From the NCBI GenBank assembly GCA_036845085.1, contig DAIUEN010000011.1, positions 1 through 17,716 on the forward strand: a stretch of DNA of 17,716 nt. The letters are read 5' to 3'. The position numbers and the translations under genes are program-made. Below, one piece after another: positions 1-6,954 of the stretch. Numbering within the stretch: the first letter of the stretch is position 1; each line of letters starts with the position of its first letter. The DNA comes from Candidatus Nanopusillus sp. (GTDB lineage: Archaea; Nanobdellota; Nanobdellia; Nanobdellales; Nanobdellaceae). The notes beneath the pieces are model-generated. The model searched no databases and was not told where the DNA came from. It saw only the letters and a program-made list of their open reading frames with translations.

Positions 1-1
1 A

Positions 2-17
2 AGTTTTATCTAAAACT
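2..17 (-). terminator. tRNA 3' trailer palindrome with T4 run (candidate termination/processing signal)
   Basis: The trailer after discriminator A73 reads TGAGTTTTAGATAAAACTT. AGTTTT and AAAACT can pair around AGAT, and the segment contains an oligo-T run. The identical trailer follows the other tRNA-Ala. Its function is inferred only. Confidence 0.3.
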
Positions 18-19
18 CA

Positions 20-91
20 TGGACCCGCCGGGATTCGAACCCGGGACCTTCGGCTTGCAAGGCCGACGTCCTACCACTAGACTACGGGCCC
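20..91 (-). tRNA. tRNA-Ala: tRNA-Ala, anticodon UGC
   Basis: The minus strand reads GGGCCCG-TA-GTCT-AGTGGTA-GGAC-G-TCGGC-CTTGCAA-GCCGA-AGGTC-CCGGG-TTCGAAT-CCCGG-CGGGTCC-A. This is a complete 72-nt cloverleaf with anticodon TGC (59..57), the G3:U70 alanine identity pair and T-loop TTCGAAT. There is no intron and no encoded CCA. It is a strongly GC-rich island in AT-rich DNA. Confidence 0.92.
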
Positions 92-429
92 GTATCTAAT
101 TACATAATCTTTTTCATTATAATTTTTATAAATGAAATTTAAAAATTCTATTAAAAGTCATTATAAGATAAAATAAACTGAAATTAGAAAATTGATAAAA
201 AATTATATTCTTAACAATATACCCAACAAAACCAATACATCTAGTGCTACTACAGAACCCACTACAATTTTGGCATATTCATTATTCATTATATCCGAAT
301 TTATTATCGCATATACTTCTATAATCGTCGTTAATAAAATTATCATAATTGATAATAATTTTCCATCCATCTAACATGTATAAACTTACATATTTATAAA
401 GAATTAAGATATTTATAAAAACAACAATT

Positions 430-795
430 TTAGACCATCAACTTACCTTTTCCAGGGGAACCCAGCTTTTTAGCTATATCTGACCATATATCGCCAAAAT
501 TTTGCTTATATAGATTTATTATTTCTTCTGAAAGTAAATTTTCCCTTTTCAACTTCCAATAAGAAACTGGTATCTTATTTTTTAACATTTCTTTTATTAC
601 ATCTTCTGTCTTAGCTCCTTTCTGTATATTCAATACAATATTTGTTGGTTCTAAATGTTTTATATTAACCCTCCTTCTCTTTACATCACCATCTATTATA
701 ACAAAATTTTGATCTATAATATCAACTACTACACATTTTCTTCCAGCTTCTCTACCATTTAACTTAACACATACCCTTCCAATTTCCAAGACCAT
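430..795 (-). CDS. rpl14e: 50S ribosomal protein L14e (KOW domain) with a ~40-aa C-terminal extension
   Basis: ATG start. IGRVCVKLNGREAGRKCVVVDIIDQNFVIIDG...KRRRVNIKHLEPT is the canonical archaeal L14e KOW signature. It lies 28 nt downstream of L34e, as in archaeal secY clusters. Confidence 0.85.
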   Translation of the reverse strand: MVLEIGRVCVKLNGREAGRKCVVVDIIDQNFVIIDGDVKRRRVNIKHLEPTNIVLNIQKGAKTEDVIKEMLKNKIPVSYWKLKRENLLSEEIINLYKQNFGDIWSDIAKKLGSPGKGKLMV

Positions 796-823
796 TTTTT
801 TATTTTTATGATTAATTTTTTAA

Positions 824-1072
824 TTATATACCTGTTCTGACCTTCTCCTTTAACAACCTTCTTAAGCATTCAATACATAAATATCCACCATATTTTCTAC
901 TTATTCTCTTTTGACTAAGATTTATTCTCCTCAATTTGGCTGGATGTAACCCTTTTAATCCTTGTAATTCTTTTTTACAAATAGCGCATTTTGGTATATT
1001 TGCTTTTTTATACTTTTTAATAACAGTTAATTTCCCTGACGGAGTTATTCTATATAAATATGTTAGGGCCAT
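824..1072 (-). CDS. rpl34e: 50S ribosomal protein L34e
   Basis: ATG start, 82 aa. It has RITPSGK near the N-terminus, CAICKKEL...CIEC zinc-ribbon cysteines and RKYGGYLC, which is the typical L34e pattern. It lies 9 nt downstream of the DUF106-like gene. Confidence 0.85.
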   Translation of the reverse strand: MALTYLYRITPSGKLTVIKKYKKANIPKCAICKKELQGLKGLHPAKLRRINLSQKRISRKYGGYLCIECLRRLLKEKVRTGI

Positions 1073-1081
1073 TCTTGATTT

Positions 1082-1687
1082 TTAACTAGATTTCTTTATA
1101 AATTTTCTCAAAAACCTGAAATAAATGAATATAGACAACTGAATTATTAGATAGATAAATATATAAGAAAAAAGCGGATTTAGCCAATTTACATTCAATA
1201 ATGGGATTTTAAATGGAAGTATAATAACTATTGGATCTACATAAAGATTTTTTGGATCTAAAGATTCATTTAAAATTATTATATTTCCATCTGCTTTATA
1301 AAAACCCAAAAATGTCTTATTATAATTTATAGCAAAATACTGATTATATAAGAAAGGATTAGTTAATATAACCTTTGTAGTATTATTTTCATTAACAATA
1401 TTATATCCAAAAGATAAACCATAAGCTACAAATATTAATACTAAAATTCCAACTATAGATAAAATTATCATATGCTTAAACATTACATTGTATATATCTC
1501 TGATTTCATTAAGTATTTTATCCAAATTTTCTATGTTTCCTTTTTTTATTTCTTCTAAATATTTATTATGTATTTCTTTTGCTTTTTCAGTATATTCTCT
1601 TATTCTATTCTTTTTCTCTAAATATTTGGATAAAGATATAAATATTATAGAAACTAATAATACTATCCAAAAAAGCCCAGTTATCAT
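1082..1687 (-). CDS. DUF106 / EMC3-TMCO1-like membrane protein (archaeal YidC/Oxa1-like insertase candidate)
   Basis: The architecture is TM1 (GLFWIVLLVSIIFISL), a charged coiled-coil hairpin (KKNRIREYTEKAKEIHNKYLEEIKKGNIENLDKILNEIRD), TM2, a loop and TM3. The segment ILPFKIPLL..W...FSYIFIYLIIQLSIFIYFRFLRK resembles the LPF..P...W..Y...S...R..L end of DUF106 as I remember it. It occupies the conserved slot between secY and L34e. Its ATG overlaps the secY stop (ATGA at 1684..1687). Confidence 0.5.
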   Translation of the reverse strand: MITGLFWIVLLVSIIFISLSKYLEKKNRIREYTEKAKEIHNKYLEEIKKGNIENLDKILNEIRDIYNVMFKHMIILSIVGILVLIFVAYGLSFGYNIVNENNTTKVILTNPFLYNQYFAINYNKTFLGFYKADGNIIILNESLDPKNLYVDPIVIILPFKIPLLNVNWLNPLFSYIFIYLIIQLSIFIYFRFLRKFIKKSS

Positions 1688-3036
1688 TTTTTTAAGTATT
1701 TACCTATAATTGGTACATATTCTAAGCCCCCATTTTTTTCAAGATCTTGGTATAACTGATTAGCAATTAGAACTAGAAGAAGTATAGAAATGCCACTAAT
1801 AACTGTTCCAACTATATCAGATATTGCTGCAAGAAAACCTACAAAGATACCTGATAAATATCCTACAGGTTTGATATATTTTTCTAAATCTTCTTTTATT
1901 ATTCTTGGATCCCTAGAATATAAACCAAGAGCTGGATTTTCTGTTAGTTGTTTAGCTAAATTATTTGGATCTAGTCCTAAAGCATATATCCAATATAAAG
2001 ACAATAACATTCCGCCAATTGTAAATATTAATAAATATACAAATATGTGAATTATATTTAATGGATCTAATATATATGATACTCCATATTGTCCTAAACT
2101 AAGCAATAATCTTGGAGGGTTCAGCATTCTTACTATAATATTTTGATTATCAAATCCGAATAAATGTTGTATTTGAACTATGATAGCGTAAATAAATATT
2201 ACTGGAATAACAGAAGTGTATAAAACATTTATAGGGAATTTCTGAGTTTCTCCACGAATATTTACATATAATAGAGGAATTTCTATTTTTAGTTTACTCA
2301 AATAAGCTGATAAATATATGATTATGAATGTAAAAAATATTGTGGATACAAAAACTAATCCCATTATAGTATTACCCTGCAAAAAGAAATCAATTGCTAG
2401 TAATAATTCTCCAGTATATTGTATTTGGTCGGCAATGATAGAAAATCCAAATAGTCTTATAAATAATGCAATGCTAATTGATGTAAATATCATAACATTA
2501 ATTCCGGATGTTATTCCATATTTTGATGAAAAATCATCAAGTAACAATATAATAATTCCCCCCACAAATAATTGCAAAAATATAATTACATGTAAGACAA
2601 CTGGATTTATATCTAAAGAGTAATTTGGTATAATTGTACCGCTTAATAATAAAACAAATGCTTCTAATATTATAAATACTATTGCAAAAAATCTATAGTA
2701 TAAATTATATTTTCTCTTTCCGTCTTCTGTAGTAAGATTTATACTTAATATACCCATTCCAATTAGCAATTGCAACAATATAGAAGAAAGTACTATTGGA
2801 CCTATACCCAAAGTAGTTAACGTTCCAAGATTAGATCCAAATAAAATTGCTAATTGTGCTAATCTTTGGGTTACAGAAAGATCCAAACCAAAAATGTAAA
2901 TAGAAGATAAAATTGCATATATTACTATTACTAATAATGTATTTAATACTCTTTCTTTTGTTGTTAAAGTAACTATTGAAGGTTTTATAGATGGAATATA
3001 CTTAGCTATTTTTTCTATCATAGAAGTATCAGACAT
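1684..3036 (-). CDS. secY: Preprotein translocase subunit SecY
   Basis: ATG start, 450 aa, about 10 hydrophobic segments, with an archaeal SecY-like N-terminus (IPSIKPS...LTTKERVLNTLLVIVIYAILSSIYIFG) and C-terminus. It is followed by the DUF106-like gene, L34e and L14e, as in archaeal ribosomal clusters. Confidence 0.9.
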   Translation of the reverse strand: MSDTSMIEKIAKYIPSIKPSIVTLTTKERVLNTLLVIVIYAILSSIYIFGLDLSVTQRLAQLAILFGSNLGTLTTLGIGPIVLSSILLQLLIGMGILSINLTTEDGKRKYNLYYRFFAIVFIILEAFVLLLSGTIIPNYSLDINPVVLHVIIFLQLFVGGIIILLLDDFSSKYGITSGINVMIFTSISIALFIRLFGFSIIADQIQYTGELLLAIDFFLQGNTIMGLVFVSTIFFTFIIIYLSAYLSKLKIEIPLLYVNIRGETQKFPINVLYTSVIPVIFIYAIIVQIQHLFGFDNQNIIVRMLNPPRLLLSLGQYGVSYILDPLNIIHIFVYLLIFTIGGMLLSLYWIYALGLDPNNLAKQLTENPALGLYSRDPRIIKEDLEKYIKPVGYLSGIFVGFLAAISDIVGTVISGISILLLVLIANQLYQDLEKNGGLEYVPIIGKYLKK

Positions 3037-3066
3037 TTATAACGTATTAGGAAAAATTTTTAAAAG

Positions 3067-5232
3067 CTAATCTATACTTCTTCCAGAGAATGTTTGTTTA
3101 GGTCCTTTATACTCGGGAAGATTAGAAAATAGGGAATATGTAAATACACTATAGGGGACAATAGGTTGTTGATTAATATTTTGATAGACAAATTGATATG
3201 GTCCCGATATAGTATAAAAGTTAGGATAACCTGTATTAACACCCAGAGATCCATAATATAAATTTCTTAAACTGTATGGGGAGAATAAATATTCGTATAA
3301 ACCTTCTAATTGACTTAAGCCAGTAGAATAGAAACCACCTGGTTCATGAACAACAATTGTCTCTTTATTTTCTAAAATATCTTTCAACTTATTTAGCTCT
3401 TCCATAACAACATCATCCCAACCCATACCCAATGGCAAATGAGTATCAGATCCCCATTGTGTCTCATGAACATGAATGTGTTTTAAGTATTTTTTATAAT
3501 TATTGAAATTATCTAGCCATTTTAGTATATCTTCTTTAGTATATCCAAATTTTTCATACATTTTTGCGTGTCCAACGTCCCAATTTATTCCTACATGTTT
3601 ATCTACAAATTCTTCTATACTACCATATTCTTTTTTTATCTTATTAATTATATTAAAAAATTCCTTTCTTTTTTCTAATTCTTCTAAAGCTTCTTTAATT
3701 CCTTTCTTTACTTCTTCCATATAGCCAATCAATAATTCAGGTCTAGAAGCTATAGTACCTGCATATGATTGCTCTATTATTATTGTTGGAAAAACTTTGT
3801 CTAAATTCTGTAATATTTGGGGCTCCCTCGATGCTATTCTATTTAGCATATCTATAATAGCATTTTTTACTATTTCTCTTGCATTTTCTCTAGCTAAAAC
3901 ATCTGCAGGATACAAAACAGGTATATTTAAATTTTTAGATTTTTCACCTATAGCTACAATATTTCTGGCTAAATTATCTATTAACCCGGGTCCTTCTTGT
4001 ATATTTTCTGTATTTATACCAAATAAATTTCCAATACTTTTTGATAAATCCTTTATTTTATTATTATCAATATTACCTTCTCTTATCTCTTTAATTTCTT
4101 TTTCTATCTTCTCTAACAGGTCTTTTATACTCTTATCTACACTACGATCAAACATTTTTCTTTCGTAATTATAAATTTCTTCAATTTTATTAGATATTTC
4201 TTTTTTTATCTTATCATCCAGAATATCGCTATTTTTATAATGTTCTAATTTTTCTTTATATTTATCTAAGTAATATTTTATAACATTTTTTAATTTTTCA
4301 TATTCTTCTAAAGAATTTTTTACTTTTTCTATGTATGAGCTGAGATAAAATAAGTGTTCTTTTAAATTTTCTATATTATTTTCTCGTAAGTCTTCTTGTA
4401 TTTGTAATAATATATTTGCAACTTCATGTTTTATATATCCTCTGTTGAATGGTCTTACTATTTCAGATGCTTCTTTAGTATATGCTTCTACAATATTATT
4501 CCAGATATTTTTATTTGTAAGATCTAATTCTTTAATTATATTACCATCTTTTGATACAATTCCTACATGAGAATATAAAACTTCTCCAACCCCTTCTTTC
4601 CTACCCATTGCTTTTTCTGGTTCTAATAATATAGATGCATAAGAATGAACAATCTTTGCAAATAACCAAGAAGGTAATTTATCAACAGAGTCTATATTTT
4701 TATATTCTTCTGCACTTATATATCCTTTTAACAACAATTCTTTTTTTATTTCTTCTAATTTTTTTGGATCTTCTCTTATGTGTTTTTTTACCATTTCTTC
4801 AAATCCTTTATCATATACAGCAGATTCCATATCTCCAGCATGCATATTTACATGCAAAGAATTTCCATAAATATTACCCATAATAGATGCTGTTTCTAAT
4901 ACAGCAGAAACCTTATATGCCATATCCCTCTTAACACTATCTGTAAATCTTTCACCAATAATACTACTCAATTGAAAATCATTTTCTGGTGCATGTAAAG
5001 ATAAATTCATTTCATTTATCCTTGCAAGCCTTGCAGCTTCTTCCCATATAAATTTAGGTATTCTTGCCCACCCTTTATCACCTTCAAAAGTAAATGTTTG
5101 TACCTCTACCCCCTTATAACCTAATAAAGATTTATTTTGTACCTCTAAATGTTGTAAAGGATTGGCAGGATTTGTACTTGTAGAAATTCCTTTATTAAGT
5201 AATTTCCTTGTTATGTCATCATTATTACTCAT
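3067..5232 (-). CDS. Xylose isomerase-like / endonuclease IV-like TIM-barrel protein interrupted by a ~350-aa helical insert, with a Tyr-rich C-terminal tail
   Basis: The long ORF is certainly coding. The track start at 5253 is TTG, and the first ATG is at 5232 (MSNNDD). Using the track's 728-aa numbering, the ordered motifs are SLHAPE (~85), HVNMHAGD (~134), IIIEQSYAG (~491), WDVGHA (~558), HIHVHET (~592), DTHLPLGMG (~603) and VVHEPGG (~634). They reproduce the strand-end metal-ligand pattern of the AP-endonuclease-2/xylose-isomerase TIM-barrel superfamily from memory. Residues ~141-488 are K/E/I/N-rich helical repeats. The family call is by motif recall, not by alignment. Confidence 0.5.
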   Translation of the reverse strand: MSNNDDITRKLLNKGISTSTNPANPLQHLEVQNKSLLGYKGVEVQTFTFEGDKGWARIPKFIWEEAARLARINEMNLSLHAPENDFQLSSIIGERFTDSVKRDMAYKVSAVLETASIMGNIYGNSLHVNMHAGDMESAVYDKGFEEMVKKHIREDPKKLEEIKKELLLKGYISAEEYKNIDSVDKLPSWLFAKIVHSYASILLEPEKAMGRKEGVGEVLYSHVGIVSKDGNIIKELDLTNKNIWNNIVEAYTKEASEIVRPFNRGYIKHEVANILLQIQEDLRENNIENLKEHLFYLSSYIEKVKNSLEEYEKLKNVIKYYLDKYKEKLEHYKNSDILDDKIKKEISNKIEEIYNYERKMFDRSVDKSIKDLLEKIEKEIKEIREGNIDNNKIKDLSKSIGNLFGINTENIQEGPGLIDNLARNIVAIGEKSKNLNIPVLYPADVLARENAREIVKNAIIDMLNRIASREPQILQNLDKVFPTIIIEQSYAGTIASRPELLIGYMEEVKKGIKEALEELEKRKEFFNIINKIKKEYGSIEEFVDKHVGINWDVGHAKMYEKFGYTKEDILKWLDNFNNYKKYLKHIHVHETQWGSDTHLPLGMGWDDVVMEELNKLKDILENKETIVVHEPGGFYSTGLSQLEGLYEYLFSPYSLRNLYYGSLGVNTGYPNFYTISGPYQFVYQNINQQPIVPYSVFTYSLFSNLPEYKGPKQTFSGRSID

Positions 5233-5255
5233 AAATAGATTTATATCTTTCAAAA

Positions 5256-6896
5256 TTAATAAGATAGTAGTCCAAAGGTTTTTTTCATAGAATTATATAT
5301 GGTCCATATTTTTCTAGCAGAAGACATCAAAAAATCAGACTTCTCTTTTTCCGATTGTCTTTCTATTTCTTTTCTTTGTAAATTCTTAGATATTAATTCT
5401 AAGTTATATCCAAAAGTTGTTATAAAAGACATTATTAATTCTAATGGATTTGGAAATACGGATACCTTCTTACTTTCTTCTTTCTTTTCTTCTTCTCTTT
5501 TTTTCATTTCCTCATTTTTTTCAGAAGGAAAATATTTTTCTATCCAATATAAAGATCCTAAAGCTTCAGATATCCTATTATCTTTCATTAATTCTTGTAA
5601 TAATTCTTTAGTCCATTTTATATCATATATTGTATTTATTTCATCTGGCTTTTTATTGCTCTTAGAAGCTACTAACTCAAGTAATTTTTTATCATTTTTT
5701 ATTATATCAAAAATATATACGTCTAATAAGAGCTCTTTTATGTTAGATATATATTCATCCGTCAAACCTGTTGCTAATGTAAAATCTTTCGATAATTTAT
5801 CTAACTTCAAAGAATTATATTCGGACTTTTCCAAAATGTATCCATATATATTAATTTCTAACCTTCCCGAGAATAAGTAATATTTACCATAGTCTTGGGA
5901 CTGAGGAATTGCTCTTCCTTTAATATTGATTTCATATACTGGTATATATGTCTTTTCTATAGGGTCATTTTTAGTTTTGTCCCATTCTTTTATTTTTTTT
6001 TCAGCATCTGTTAATATTAAAGATAAATCTATAACAGTTACATTAAATATATTGACAATATCTGGGGTTTCTTCTCCAGTAATAATAGATTTTTTTGCTA
6101 TTTTAAAATAAGGTTTTATTATTTCAGTATAGTATACTAAAGAATTCAATTCATGTTTTAGATATCCTTTCAATATGTTTATTCTATGTATAACTTCATT
6201 ATAGTGGTATTCCAACCAAGAATAAAAATTAGATAACCTAGAAGATATAACTCCTCTTACTACCTCGTTTAACACATTTTTAGTTTCTTCCGAATCTATT
6301 TGCAAACTTTTATCATTCTTTATATAATTATATAGAGCTTCTCCAATTATTCCCTTGTTTTTCAATTTTTCTATCTCAGACAAAATTTCATATCTAAAAA
6401 ATCCAGCATATGCTGATGGAAAAGTTCTAGAAATATTCCTTAAAGGAGCTGAAGGGTTTATGGTTGGATCTACATAGTCTATCCATCTCTGCTTTAAATA
6501 TTTATAAGCAGCATATGCTTTTTTTTCATCATTTGACTTTAAATCTAAATAACTCTTATATACGGTATATAATAATTGATATTCATTGATAATTGAGATA
6601 ATACTTTTAGTTAATACATTTATTAATTCTCCGATATTACGAAGATTTGATATTAAATTAGCAAAAGTTCTATATGATAAATCTCCAAAAAGTCCAGATG
6701 CAAAAGAGGCATTGTATGTATCTGATATTTTGGATATCTTTAGTTTTAAACTATCTCTTGCAAAATCTATAAGCCAATAATATAGCTTATCAAAAGATAT
6801 ACCTTGGTGATCTAATAAAAAATAAATTTCTAAAATTTTGTGTTTCTTATCTTCAACACTTTCTTTTCTTAGCTCTTCTAAAGTAATCTCTGCCAT
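5256..6896 (-). CDS. Hypothetical 546-aa mostly alpha-helical protein, partner of the TIM-barrel gene
   Basis: The ORF is open to 7112, but I place the start at the ATG at 6896 (MAEITLEELRKE). The upstream 72 codons are low-complexity and would overlap the divergent plus-strand gene. I see no TM segment or signal peptide, and I recognise no family. It has a charged EEMKKREEEKKEESKK linker and an amphipathic C-terminus (KIWTIYNSMKKTFGLLSY). Its stop lies 2 nt (TTG start) or 23 nt (ATG start) before the next gene. Confidence 0.75.
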   Translation of the reverse strand: MAEITLEELRKESVEDKKHKILEIYFLLDHQGISFDKLYYWLIDFARDSLKLKISKISDTYNASFASGLFGDLSYRTFANLISNLRNIGELINVLTKSIISIINEYQLLYTVYKSYLDLKSNDEKKAYAAYKYLKQRWIDYVDPTINPSAPLRNISRTFPSAYAGFFRYEILSEIEKLKNKGIIGEALYNYIKNDKSLQIDSEETKNVLNEVVRGVISSRLSNFYSWLEYHYNEVIHRINILKGYLKHELNSLVYYTEIIKPYFKIAKKSIITGEETPDIVNIFNVTVIDLSLILTDAEKKIKEWDKTKNDPIEKTYIPVYEINIKGRAIPQSQDYGKYYLFSGRLEINIYGYILEKSEYNSLKLDKLSKDFTLATGLTDEYISNIKELLLDVYIFDIIKNDKKLLELVASKSNKKPDEINTIYDIKWTKELLQELMKDNRISEALGSLYWIEKYFPSEKNEEMKKREEEKKEESKKVSVFPNPLELIMSFITTFGYNLELISKNLQRKEIERQSEKEKSDFLMSSARKIWTIYNSMKKTFGLLSY

Positions 6897-6954
6897 AACT
6901 ATATATATAAAAATATTTCCAAAGTTATAAATTTTGAAGTTTCTTACATATTTT

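Larger units (their letters stand above)
1..91. repeat. Left arm of terminal inverted repeat (tRNA-Ala gene body plus 19-nt 3' trailer)
   Basis: The reverse complement of 1..91 equals 17626..17716 at 89 of 91 positions. The two mismatches (plus-strand 59 and 56 versus 17658 and 17661) are tRNA positions 34 and 37. Identity stops exactly at the tRNA 5' end: 92 onward is unrelated to 17625 backward. The outer limit is cut by the window edge. Confidence 0.95.

Noticed and set aside
20-91. Split, permuted or intron-containing tRNA of the kind known from Nanoarchaeum
   Set aside because: Both tRNA-Ala genes are colinear 72-nt cloverleafs with intact anticodon loops. There is no bulge-helix-bulge insert.
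203-346. 47-aa minus-strand ORF as Sec61-beta/SecG next to the translocon operon
   Set aside because: It has a C-terminal TM-like segment and a tempting location. However, the N-terminal half is hydrophobic and lacks the conserved cytosolic motif I would expect of Sec-beta. I kept it only as a low-priority note.
192-374. 60-aa plus-strand ORF from the track
   Set aside because: It starts with TTG, has no internal Met and is low-complexity (I/N/T-rich). It is antisense to an equally weak minus-strand small ORF. Neither can be supported as a gene from sequence alone.
3072-3254. Same-strand nested ORFs in alternative frames (3072..3254 and 14494..14694)
   Set aside because: They are fully contained in long genes, short, hydrophobic and low-complexity, and have no independent start context.
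5461-5530. Pyrimidine-rich tract (plus strand) as a repeat or regulatory element
   Set aside because: It is simply the coding sequence, on the minus strand, of the EEMKKREEEKKEESKK charged linker of the 546-aa protein.
5299-5880. 193-aa plus-strand ORF, together with the other antisense track ORFs (1488..1709, 1790..2050, 2318..2623, 3503..3724, 3797..4168, 4635..4883, 5926..6111, 6586..6780, 7960..8232, 10418..10672, 11058..11270, 12167..12433, 12694..12945, 16801..17109)
   Set aside because: All lie inside longer, family-assignable or clearly protein-like ORFs on the opposite strand. They have S/F/L/I-rich shadow-ORF composition, which is a typical consequence of K/E/N-rich AT-biased coding on the other strand.
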